Below, in pieces: positions 28,479 through 37,460 of a stretch of DNA of 64,000 bases. A model generated the notes under the pieces. It was given only the letters and a program-made list of their open reading frames with translations, did not search any database and was not told the DNA's origin. The stretch covers positions 160,001-224,000 of the forward strand of contig CAVYRW010000004.1 of the NCBI GenBank assembly GCA_963771045.1. The letters run 5' to 3'. The DNA comes from Waddliaceae bacterium. Its GTDB lineage: Bacteria > Chlamydiota > Chlamydiia > Chlamydiales > SLFE01. The translations under genes were made by a program, and so were the position numbers. Within the stretch, counting starts at the first letter, position 1. Every line of letters starts with the position of its first letter.

Positions 28479-29651
28479 TCAATGGTTTTTGACGGATAAC
28501 TCCCGAAGGATTTCCTCGACTTTGTTGGCGGTTTCCCAGGTAAATTCGGGATCTTCCCGTCCGAAATGACCCCCGAAAGCTGTTTTTTGATAGATCGGGC
28601 GGAGAAGATCGAGCTCTTTGATGATTCCTCCCGGAGATAGATCGAATACTTTGGGAATCATTTTTTCGAGTTCCCTTTCCGAGATTTTTCCCGTTCCGAA
28701 TGTGTCCACTTTAATAGACAGTGGATAAGGAACGCCGATGGCATAGGATATTTGCACTTCGCACGATTTTGCGAGCTTTGCCGCGACAATATTTTTTGCG
28801 ACCCAGCGCGCGGCATACGAGGCGGATCTGTCCACTTTGGTTGGATCCTTGCCCGAGAAAGCCCCACCGCCGTGGTGCCCTCTGCCGCCATAGGTATCGA
28901 CAATCGTTTTTCTTCCTGTCAGGCCGCAGTCTCCCGCGGGCCCCCCCACCACAAAGCGGCCGGTCGGGTTGATGAAATAGCGGGTATTGTCATCAAGCAG
29001 GTTTTGTGGAAGTGTCTCTTGAATCATTTTCGCCATATCTTCATAAATCTGCTCATGTTCGACATCTTCACTATGCTGGGTAGAGATGACGATGCTATGA
29101 ATGCGGACCGGCTCGTTATTTTCGTCGTATTCAATAGTCACTTGGGACTTTGAGTCGGGACGGAGATAGGGAAGGCGGTTTTGATCCTGGTATTTTTTCA
29201 GTGTGAGAACGAGTTTGTGGGCCAGCATGATCGGAAGGGGCATGAGCTGAGGAGTTTCGTCGCAGGCGTATCCGAACATGATTCCCTGATCGCCGGCGCC
29301 GATGTCGTCAAACAGAACTTTTTGTTTGGCAACTCCTCTGGCTATATCGGGAGATTGTTTGTGAATCGAGACAATAATACCGCACGAATGGTAGTCAAAG
29401 CCCAGCCGAAAGTCCCGGTAGCCGATATCCTGAATGGTTTTTCGGGCAATTTCTTGAAAGTCTATGCGGCTTTCGGTTGTGATTTCCCCGGCGAGAACCA
29501 CAAGGCCCGACCCCACTAGGACTTCGCACGCTACGCGCGAATGCGGATCCTGCCTGATGCATTCATCTAAAATGGCGTCGGAGATTTGGTCGCAAATTTT
29601 ATCGGGGTGGCCTATGCCAACAGATTCGGATGTGAAGAGATAGTTTCTCAT
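28479..29651 (-). CDS. metK: S-adenosylmethionine synthetase
   Basis: [31 protein letters not shown]. Confidence 0.97.
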   Translation of the reverse strand: MRNYLFTSESVGIGHPDKICDQISDAILDECIRQDPHSRVACEVLVGSGLVVLAGEITTESRIDFQEIARKTIQDIGYRDFRLGFDYHSCGIIVSIHKQSPDIARGVAKQKVLFDDIGAGDQGIMFGYACDETPQLMPLPIMLAHKLVLTLKKYQDQNRLPYLRPDSKSQVTIEYDENNEPVRIHSIVISTQHSEDVEHEQIYEDMAKMIQETLPQNLLDDNTRYFINPTGRFVVGGPAGDCGLTGRKTIVDTYGGRGHHGGGAFSGKDPTKVDRSASYAARWVAKNIVAAKLAKSCEVQISYAIGVPYPLSIKVDTFGTGKISERELEKMIPKVFDLSPGGIIKELDLLRPIYQKTAFGGHFGREDPEFTWETANKVEEILRELSVKNH

Positions 29652-29696
29652 AATTGCCTGAGATCATAGCAATATATTGAGCGTTGTTCAAGAAAA

Positions 29697-30270
29697 TTAT
29701 ACAGTTGGTTTGATATTTTGGTTGACTCGGAAGAGATTTTTTGGGTCATATTTGTTCTTCGCCTTAACAAACCTTTTCATAATTTTTTCGGTAGGTCGCT
29801 TTGATGCGGTCGTCTCCTTCTTCCATCATAAAATTGCAGTTCCGGAGGGTAGATTCCGTCAAACAACGATTGTAAAACAGGGAAGGGCAGTTGGCCGTAG
29901 GCCTCTCCTTGTGGGAGCCTCGGTCTCACTGAGAAAACTTTTTTCAGGTTTGGGACTTAACTTAAAAAGTCATTGGATCCTGTCCAACGTATGGGGTCCA
30001 CCTCATCTAGGAGGTTATCGACTGTCAGGCCACATTTTCGGCAGAGATAGCCGTGGCCTCCTCCAAGGGTGAGTCCGTCAACGCCCGTAGTGGAGACGAT
30101 TCCGCTGGATATCGGCCACGTCGTTGCAATAGGCAATGAGGGCTGGATGTTTGTCGATCATCGCATTGTAGATTTTACGGGCCTCGTTATAATTTTTATC
30201 TTCCGGCAAAACGATGAGGCCGCGGAATTGAGACTGAAACTTTTTGAGGTTTTCTTGTTTAATCAATTTG
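29697..30270 (-). pseudogene. FAD-linked oxidase (berberine-bridge-enzyme family) remnant with large internal deletions
   Basis: Fragments YNEARKIYNAMIDKHPALIAYC..VADI / SGIVSTTGVDGLTLGGGHGYL..GLTVDNLL / PFPVLQSLFD / NFMMEEG..IKATY / KYDPKNLFRVNQNIKP. Confidence 0.8.
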
Positions 30271-30281
30271 CAATCTTTATC

Positions 30282-30316
30282 AAAAATAAAAAGCCCCCCC
30301 TTTTGCAAGGGGGGAG
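30282..30316 (-). terminator. rho-independent terminator
   Basis: CCCCCCTT-TTGC-AAGGGGGG stem followed by a T-run on the minus strand, just after the stop at 30327. Confidence 0.75.
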
Positions 30317-30326
30317 TAAAAAACAA

Positions 30327-31451
30327 TTAGAGACTTTCTGAATCGTTATGATGTTCAGCCATTGGCAGGCAAATGCTGCAATTGGCGTCATCGCCGGTGA
30401 TGAAATCCCTTAAGTCGCGGTTGAATTTACGGCATGTAGTGACATGAGTTAGAGTGCCATGTCCCGGATAGGTAATGAACCTGGTGTTGGGGAATGGCGC
30501 TACATAGGTTCCACAGCCGCTTGTGCAGTCGCCGGGTATTGCCGGATTGCTGTATCCTGCGATTTTCCCGAAGAATGTTATGCCCACTCCCAATCTTGAA
30601 ATGGGATGGTTATCCCCTGTCGTCCCGTAGGTGTTGAGGGTGGGAATGGTAATGTTTGCCATTAGCGGCGAGACATCTTCTGTTAAGGTGCCGAGAAGCT
30701 GCCTTGCGAAGATATCGGGAGTCGTGGTTGTTACATAGTCCACGACAAGGTTGATGAGAACATTTTCGATGGCGGGGCAATTTTGTGTGATAAAGCTGCC
30801 TCCTAAAAACAATGTTGCCGCCTGCACAGGATCGACATAGAACAGCTGAACAATTTGCTGTATCTGGTCAAATGAGGCATAAGCCAAGGAGCAGGGATCG
30901 TTGCTGACAATGGCGTCTGCCGATGAATCTTCCATGGCCATTTTGGTAACGGCATAGGGGCCGTCGGGATAATCGGTTATATACCACATGCCGACCTGTG
31001 CCTGCAAATCGGTACCCACCCAAATTAAGGGTCCCTGAATATCCAGCTGCTGAACCAATTCGTGGGCGAAGGACGCTCTTTGCCTGAAGGAATAGCCTGT
31101 CTGGCCGTTCACTCCGTCGAGGTCGGTGGGGTCATTTTTACTCGAGAGTCCATAACCTACTCGATCATAGGCAATCGTATAAAAATCTTTGCCGAAAACG
31201 CGCTGCTGACGCTGCCAGCTATCGATTCCCAAATAGGGATCGCTAAAAAGGATGACTGGCCGTCCGTCGTTTTTTCCTACGGCTTTGTAGGCGACTTTAA
31301 CAGGATTTCCGGAGTTGTCCTGGGCAACTGTGACAATGCCTCTGACAACGTGTCTAAAACCCTCTGTCTGGCAGTCGTCGCAGTCGCAGGCATTTAATCC
31401 CCAACAACAGGCGATCATTGCACACAAAAGATATTTGAACAAAAATTTCAT
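30327..31451 (-). CDS. secreted alpha/beta-hydrolase-fold protein, Cys-rich
   Basis: Signal peptide, IAYDRVGYGLS, elbow region LIWVGTDLQA, ITIPTL, PGHGTLTH. Confidence 0.75.
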   Translation of the reverse strand: MKFLFKYLLCAMIACCWGLNACDCDDCQTEGFRHVVRGIVTVAQDNSGNPVKVAYKAVGKNDGRPVILFSDPYLGIDSWQRQQRVFGKDFYTIAYDRVGYGLSSKNDPTDLDGVNGQTGYSFRQRASFAHELVQQLDIQGPLIWVGTDLQAQVGMWYITDYPDGPYAVTKMAMEDSSADAIVSNDPCSLAYASFDQIQQIVQLFYVDPVQAATLFLGGSFITQNCPAIENVLINLVVDYVTTTTPDIFARQLLGTLTEDVSPLMANITIPTLNTYGTTGDNHPISRLGVGITFFGKIAGYSNPAIPGDCTSGCGTYVAPFPNTRFITYPGHGTLTHVTTCRKFNRDLRDFITGDDANCSICLPMAEHHNDSESL

Positions 31452-31529
31452 GAATTACTCCTTTTTGAAGTTTAATAATAAAAAATTCGTTATACTGTTT
31501 TTTTGATTTGGGTTCAAGGAGAAATCTGA

Positions 31530-32102
31530 TTGTCTAGAAAGTATATGATACGAATTTTGTGTATCTTGGGTGTTATTGTCTTGTCTGATTTGTCATCGGA
31601 TGTTCAGGAGGTCTTTCTGACAGAGATTTCGGAGTTGAATGAACAGGACTTTGCCGGTCTTTTCGGAAAAACTGTGAAAATCAGAGGGTTTCTTTATGCC
31701 GACAGCCGTGGCCGTTTGATCCTCGATGCCTCTCCCAATCTAAAGAGCTGCTGCAGAGGCGTTTCAAGTAAAATCAAACAGCAAGTGGTCATAGACGGTT
31801 ATTTCGATTCACCGGATCATCGTACTCCTGTTTTGCTTCAGGGAACATTTTCTGTTCAGCCGGCATTCAGTGCCGATAGTGAGTTGATTCAATACGCTAT
31901 ACTCTCTGATCCCGAGATGATTGACGAATCTTCTTTTCGGGAAGTTGTTATACTTATAGCCATTGTTGCCATGGCCGTAGTTTTCTATCAGTTATATATG
32001 AGTTCGGGCACAAGTTCGACATGGCTGATAGGCCGTTTCAGGAAAAGTTCTCCCGTTCGTTTGAAGTCGTCCGGATCATCGGACACAAAAAAACGGGTGT
32101 AA
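31530..32102 (+). CDS. hypothetical exported/membrane protein
   Basis: N-terminal hydrophobic segment, GKTVKIRGFL…PNLKSCC, C-terminal TM helix; 3' end overlaps murI. Confidence 0.65.
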   Translation: MSRKYMIRILCILGVIVLSDLSSDVQEVFLTEISELNEQDFAGLFGKTVKIRGFLYADSRGRLILDASPNLKSCCRGVSSKIKQQVVIDGYFDSPDHRTPVLLQGTFSVQPAFSADSELIQYAILSDPEMIDESSFREVVILIAIVAMAVVFYQLYMSSGTSSTWLIGRFRKSSPVRLKSSGSSDTKKRV

Positions 32103-32777
32103 GTTTCCTCTGAGATAGTGCGGGATAGAATTTGTTTAGCCTCTTCTGCGCAAGAGTTTGCAGAATCGATAAGGTGGACGCCGGGTCCCATTTCTTTTTC
32201 AATAAGTTTGCGGATCAGTGGATAATGGGTACAGCCAAGAAGGAGTGGTGTCGATGCCGTAGTTTTTCAGGGGTGATAAATAATCTCTAACAATCAGTTC
32301 CGCTGCCGGTTTTTCTAGATAATTTTCCTCTACAAGAGGAACAAAAAGGGGGCAGCAAACAGGATAAACTTCCGACTCAGGTGCCAGGGAGCGGATCAAC
32401 ATTTGATAGGCATTCGATCGGATTGTCGCCTTTGTTCCCAGAACCCCAATTTTTTGAGTCCTGGAAAGTGAAACGGCAGTTTTGGCTCCCGGGGCAATCA
32501 CTCCGATGACTGGAATATCCAGTTCTTTTTTTAAGGCATCCAAAGCGTAGGCCGAGGCGGAATTGCAGGCAACGATGAGAAGTTTTATATTTTGCCTGCT
32601 GAGAAAGTTTGCGATTTGAAGGCTATAGCGTACAATAGTCTCGGCGCTTTTATTCCCGTAAGGGACATGGGCAGTGTCGCCAAAATAGACAATATTTTCA
32701 CCGGGAAGTACTTTTTGCACTTCTTTCAGAACCGTCAGTCCACCCAGTCCGGAATCAAACATTCCTATGGGTCTCAT
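31988..32777 (-). CDS. murI: glutamate racemase, frameshift near 32245
   Basis: IGMFDSGLGG, PYGNKS, ACNSA; LLGCTHYP readable in the shifted frame; LIDSA. Confidence 0.9.
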
Positions 32778-33364
32778 GGCATCTTCAATTTTTGACCGAC
32801 AATGATTTTGTCGCTGTTCAAGCTATTTGTTCTTTTTATCCTGGAAACAGTTGTGCGGTACTTCATCGCGATGCTTCCAAGAGAGTCGCCGGGTTTAACA
32901 GTGTAAACCTTTCCCTTTTCATTCTTAATCCCCAAAGCATCCATGATGGCCGTTAAAGCCGATTCGATTGTTTCGAGATTTTCCTGGAGGCTTTCAGTTT
33001 TGGTTTGATTAGCGGCAACGGCATCGGCGATTTTATTTGCATTGTTTTTGATCTGATCGATTTCCGATTGGATAGATTCGAATTTTGAATTCCAATTCAA
33101 TCCTTTGAGCTCTTTTGTCGAATTTTCCACATTGTCGACAAGGGAATCGACCATTTGGTCATGACTTTGGGCTTTTTCTTTGAGTTTGTTCAACTCAACA
33201 TCTTGATTGCGCAGGTTGTTTCGGATAAGGGAGATTTGTTGTTTTAAATCTTCCATAGAGACTTCAGGTTCTCTTGAAGATTTCCAGTAACGAGGGGAAT
33301 CTCCTTTGGCCGATCCGAACGAAAATGCGATCAAAAAAGCCGCTGTGATAAGGTATCGTCCCAT
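32774..33364 (-). CDS. coiled-coil LysM-domain protein (Tol-Pal associated)
   Basis: Signal peptide, coiled coil, YTVKPGDSLGSIA...IKRTNSL..IIVGQKL. Confidence 0.85.
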   Translation of the reverse strand: MGRYLITAAFLIAFSFGSAKGDSPRYWKSSREPEVSMEDLKQQISLIRNNLRNQDVELNKLKEKAQSHDQMVDSLVDNVENSTKELKGLNWNSKFESIQSEIDQIKNNANKIADAVAANQTKTESLQENLETIESALTAIMDALGIKNEKGKVYTVKPGDSLGSIAMKYRTTVSRIKRTNSLNSDKIIVGQKLKMP

Positions 33365-33365
33365 A

Positions 33366-34070
33366 TTACCTCTCGTAGATTTTGAACTGAGCCCTGCGGT
33401 TTTGGCTCCAGGTGTTTTCATCATGTCCACGGACAAAAGGGTTTTCTTTGCCGTATGAGACAGTGTATAAGCGGCTGGGGTCGACGCCCTCGGCAATTAA
33501 AGTTGTCCTGACGGTATTCGCTCGTCTTGTTCCGAGAGCTAGGTTATACGCTTGCGGTCCCCTTTCATCGCAATGGCCTTCGATAAAAACATATGTATTC
33601 GGATGAGTTTTCAAATATTTCGCAATTGTGTCAATTTTGTGGAGGTTGTTCTGCCCCTGCAGCTTTTCGCTGTCATAAGGGAAGTGGATATTTTGAAAAA
33701 CAGCAGACAGGGAGGGATCGTTTTGGGGGTCTCTGAATGATTCGATTCCCGGTATCGAACTGCCGGCGTCTCCCGGAGAAACCCTGGGCTGCTGAGTCGC
33801 TTCCATACAAATCATATTCTGTCCGTATTCGTCTTGAAGAGGGACAAAATCTTCTTCTTCATAGCCATACAATTGAGGGCGGCAAAAATCTTCGCGGCAG
33901 CGGATTTCCCGTGAATCTCCGTGTTTTCCGCCCAGACTGCGAAAGCCTTGTCCCACATAACGGCCGCAGGTATTTGTGTCGTCCCAAATATCTTGGGTTG
34001 AGCGGCCTCGGCATCCGGCCAGAAGAAGAGCCATTAAAGAGAAAGAGAGCATGATTTTTATCGACTTCAT
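33366..34070 (-). CDS. pal: peptidoglycan-associated lipoprotein (OmpA family)
   Basis: Lipobox LLAGC, IHFPYDS, IEGHCDERG..YNLALG.RRA, SYGKE, NRRA. Confidence 0.92.
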   Translation of the reverse strand: MKSIKIMLSFSLMALLLAGCRGRSTQDIWDDTNTCGRYVGQGFRSLGGKHGDSREIRCREDFCRPQLYGYEEEDFVPLQDEYGQNMICMEATQQPRVSPGDAGSSIPGIESFRDPQNDPSLSAVFQNIHFPYDSEKLQGQNNLHKIDTIAKYLKTHPNTYVFIEGHCDERGPQAYNLALGTRRANTVRTTLIAEGVDPSRLYTVSYGKENPFVRGHDENTWSQNRRAQFKIYER

Positions 34071-34147
34071 AAAATCCTCTGAACTTTTTTTGATGAATCT
34101 GACAAAACGTTAACACAGTTTAGGAAAACGATAAAGCAAAAATACGA

Positions 34148-35431
34148 TTATCGCTTTTCCCAGCTGGGATATTTTTTTTCCGATTGACCCGTAGTGATTT
34201 TTATCGGTTTGAGCTGGTTGGTGTTGATGATATAAATATTGCAGCCCTCCCCCTCTGATTGATTATAAGCAAGATGAAGGCTGTTGGGCGCCCAGGTCGG
34301 ATTCTCTTTATCGCCCGGACCTTGAGTGATTTGTTTGCTTTGCCTCGATATAAAATCGTAAACAAAGATTTGCCTGGATCCATCTTTTTTGGAGGTGTAG
34401 GCGATCTTCATTCCGTCGGGAGACCAGGAAGGGGCGGTGCAGGCCCAATTGCGCTTGACAAGCAGCTCGGCTTTAATGAGATTCAGTGTTGTTCCGGGAG
34501 CAGGAATGTCAATGAGATAAATTTTTGCTCTGCCGTCTTTGTTTGAGACAAAAGCGATTTTGCTTCCATCGGGATGGAAAGAGGGGCTTGCCTGTGCGGC
34601 GAAAGAAGCGGCATAGATTTGCCGCGGTTTGCCGCGGGTCCCTTTTTGGGGATCGAAGTCACATAGAAAGACGTCGGGATTACCCGCCGCGTCGCTGATG
34701 AAAACAAGCTTGTCCCTGGCCCTGCTCAGTTCCGGCATCAATTGATTGCCCCTCAAGCTCGTCACCCTTTGACCGTTTCCGCCGTCTAAACTGGCATGAA
34801 AGATTTTCGGCTGGCCTGTTTTATAGCTGACGTAAAAATAGTCTTTGCTTCGATAGCCGGGCTGGGGAGGAATAAAAGAAGGAGTGACGCAAAGGGAATT
34901 CTGGCAGGTCAGAGTCCTCTGATTGCCGCCGTCGTAGTCGGTTGTCCAAATTTCACCTGAACTTTGCTCTTTTTTTTCTGCAAAGAGGATGCGTGTCGAG
35001 GCGATCCCGTCGAATCCGAAAAGCTCTTTATGAATTGCGTCGGCAAGTTCATGGATGAGGCGCCGATCGCCGGCAAGAGTCCCTTCCAGCTCGATGTTTC
35101 CGAACGAGAGCTTCCTCCCTCCTGCAGTGTCCAAAACTGTAACGGTCAGATTTTTCCCTTGGACCGAGCCGGAAATGATAAAACTTTTCCGCCCGGTTTT
35201 TTCCGGAAGAACCAGTGTTGTGCCATTATTTGCGAAATCAAAACGAAAGATTTTGTCGATGTCTTTTATATATGAAGGATGAAGCTGCTTTCCGCCGCTT
35301 GTCAATGTCTCGATATAAACCGGTACCAGCCTCGCTTCGGTTGCCAGCCTGACTTCGATCTCGTCATCAGCTGCCAGAGGGATTGAAAAGAGGACGGTTA
35401 GAAAAAAGAAAAAAGATAATTTCATATGCAC
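34148..35431 (-). CDS. tolB: Tol-Pal beta-propeller protein TolB
   Basis: DYDGGN and PD40 repeats (PSFHPDG, PSWSPDG, PTWAPN). Confidence 0.92.
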   Translation of the reverse strand: MHMKLSFFFFLTVLFSIPLAADDEIEVRLATEARLVPVYIETLTSGGKQLHPSYIKDIDKIFRFDFANNGTTLVLPEKTGRKSFIISGSVQGKNLTVTVLDTAGGRKLSFGNIELEGTLAGDRRLIHELADAIHKELFGFDGIASTRILFAEKKEQSSGEIWTTDYDGGNQRTLTCQNSLCVTPSFIPPQPGYRSKDYFYVSYKTGQPKIFHASLDGGNGQRVTSLRGNQLMPELSRARDKLVFISDAAGNPDVFLCDFDPQKGTRGKPRQIYAASFAAQASPSFHPDGSKIAFVSNKDGRAKIYLIDIPAPGTTLNLIKAELLVKRNWACTAPSWSPDGMKIAYTSKKDGSRQIFVYDFISRQSKQITQGPGDKENPTWAPNSLHLAYNQSEGEGCNIYIINTNQLKPIKITTGQSEKKYPSWEKR

Positions 35432-35458
35432 CTTTGCGACATGATAACAATTGCGGCG

Positions 35459-36121
35459 TTAAATGTCATTGCTTAATACGATTATGAACGTGTGCTGATC
35501 TTCTCCTGAAAAGTGCGTGCCGAAAGAGGAAAATTTAGCGTTTTTCAAAGTTTTCTCGATATTTTTTTCATTGACCTTGCTTTCGGAACCGACGATTTCC
35601 AGTTTTTTTACCTTTCCGCTTCTTGTCAGTGTGAGCTTAATTTTTACAGCTCCGTATTCTGGGAGAACGAGAAGGGATTTTAGCGCTTTCGACAATTGGC
35701 CTGCATATCGGTCATCGGAAGTGTCTATCGCCAGGCCCTCGATTGCGCATTCAGCTTGCTTTTTTGTCGGTTTGATCTTTCCCATATTCGCTAATGCGTT
35801 TTTTGCCTTCTGCAATTTAGCGATTTGATCGGAGCTAAGTTTGTTTTTTTGGGGGGGTGGCGGTGGCTTTGACTCGCTTTTACTTTTTTTTGGCTTGGGC
35901 TTTGACTCGCTTTTGTTATTTGGCGGCTTCGGTTTTGGCTTGGGGGCGCAGGCGATGGCCTCCGGCACTTCTTGACGAGGTTTGAGCCGAATGGTGTTTA
36001 CCAGAACTTTTTGGGATTTTAGCGCGGCTGGAGAAGGGGTTTTTCCTATTCCTAAATATCCCAAAAGAGCTAGATGGAGAGCGACGGTCAAAACAAGAAT
36101 CGTTTTAAACGAGGATGTCAT
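35459..36121 (-). CDS. tolA: TolA/TonB-like protein
   Basis: N-terminal TM with conserved His, Pro/Lys-rich linker, TonB-C-like end; lies between tolR and tolB. Confidence 0.7.
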   Translation of the reverse strand: MTSSFKTILVLTVALHLALLGYLGIGKTPSPAALKSQKVLVNTIRLKPRQEVPEAIACAPKPKPKPPNNKSESKPKPKKSKSESKPPPPPQKNKLSSDQIAKLQKAKNALANMGKIKPTKKQAECAIEGLAIDTSDDRYAGQLSKALKSLLVLPEYGAVKIKLTLTRSGKVKKLEIVGSESKVNEKNIEKTLKNAKFSSFGTHFSGEDQHTFIIVLSNDI

Positions 36122-36543
36122 GATGGCTCCGGCGCAAGCACAATGTCCATTTCTTGGAAACCGGCAGACTCCACGGAGTTTTTAATGGCTTGGTAAGTTC
36201 CAAAATGCCCTCTTCTGTCGTGCAGAACCTGCGGCTTTGCCCCGGGATAATCTTTTCTTGCTTTGGTCAGAAGAGGGGTCAGTTGCGGCAGCAGGATTTT
36301 ATGGCCGTTAAACTGGACTGAGTTGTCTGGGTAAACACGAATTGTGATAGGGTTATCCTCTTGAATTATCGTTTCTGCGGCCTTGTCGCCCCTCCCGCCG
36401 GCAAGTTCGATATTATCGACATCCAGCAATGGCGCAATCACAATAAACATGATAAGAATCACGAAAACCACATCGATCAAAGCGGTGATATTGATAGGAG
36501 GCTCCTCAATCGGATGGCTTAGGCACAGGCTTTTTCTTCTCAT
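36118..36543 (-). CDS. tolR: ExbD/TolR biopolymer transport protein
   Basis: INITALIDVVFVILIMF. Confidence 0.88.
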   Translation of the reverse strand: MRRKSLCLSHPIEEPPINITALIDVVFVILIMFIVIAPLLDVDNIELAGGRGDKAAETIIQEDNPITIRVYPDNSVQFNGHKILLPQLTPLLTKARKDYPGAKPQVLHDRRGHFGTYQAIKNSVESAGFQEMDIVLAPEPS

Positions 36544-37256
36544 TGGATTTCCACTTGGCGGTACTGAAGTTCGACAGAGGCCATCACTTCGCTTGAAAAT
36601 GACTCCATCTCCATATGAATGTTTTTGATGGAATTCTTCAGATAATTATACCCAATCAAAGCCGGTATGGCGACTATGAGGCCAAGCACAGTTGTTGTGA
36701 GAGCCAGGGAAAGCCCTCCAAGCATCACTTGACTTGAGCCGCCCCCCTGATGGGCATTCATTTGAGAAAAAAAGACAAGGATTCCCCAGACAGTCCCTAG
36801 AAGGCCAAGAAAAGGAGCGAGGGTGACTATGGTTGACAGAATATAAATATTTTTTTCCAGTTTTTGAACCTGGGAAGCAATGCTTGCGGCCACATGAGTG
36901 TCGATAAAATCGATGTCGGTCGGCGACAGGGACGCCGGCTTGCCGGATTCTTTGACGAATTGATGGTTTTTATTGAGAAGCTCATATGTCTGTTTTTTGA
37001 GAACGAGGTATATATCGTGAAAAGGATTGGGTCCTTTTGAGGGGAGTGAGAAATTCAGGGGGCTTTGCTTGTGTTTTTTAAAGCAACGGTGAAAAGAGGT
37101 GGCTTGTTTGTGTAACTTATTGGTAATCATATATTTGTGAATGATAAGCGCCCAGCTAACCACTGAAAGGGCGAGAAGGCTGAGATAAATGCTTTTTCCC
37201 AGCCAGTCGGCTTGAAAAAACGAGGCGAAAAACGGGTGCGCGGCAATAATAAGCAT
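36540..37256 (-). CDS. tolQ: MotA/TolQ/ExbB proton channel
   Basis: APFLGLLGTVWGI, ALTTTVLGLIVAIPA. Confidence 0.9.
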   Translation of the reverse strand: MLIIAAHPFFASFFQADWLGKSIYLSLLALSVVSWALIIHKYMITNKLHKQATSFHRCFKKHKQSPLNFSLPSKGPNPFHDIYLVLKKQTYELLNKNHQFVKESGKPASLSPTDIDFIDTHVAASIASQVQKLEKNIYILSTIVTLAPFLGLLGTVWGILVFFSQMNAHQGGGSSQVMLGGLSLALTTTVLGLIVAIPALIGYNYLKNSIKNIHMEMESFSSEVMASVELQYRQVEIQ

Positions 37257-37402
37257 GGCAAAATCCCCTCCATATAAGATGATAAAATAACCCTCTTTTC
37301 AGCAATTGTCAATGTAAACAAATATTTTAATTAATCTCTTTGCCCCGTTATTTTGAGCTTACAGAGCTATTAATGATGTGAGCGGCTCTTGCAAAAGATA
37401 TC

Positions 37403-37431
37403 TTGAAATTAAAGGTAATTTTTGATATAAT
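37403..37431 (+). promoter_or_regulatory. sigma66/sigma70-type promoter for dsbD-tatD
   Basis: TTGAAA-N17-TATAAT. Confidence 0.65.
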
Positions 37432-37460
37432 ATTTATTTAATAAATTGGATGGTAATCAA

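Noticed and set aside
29677..30341. Plus-strand ORFs of 131 aa and 90 aa
   Set aside because: They are antisense shadows of the FAD-oxidase pseudogene.
33365..33496. Upstream extension of the LysM ORF
   Set aside because: It overlaps the pal C-terminus; the signal peptide begins at ATG 33364.
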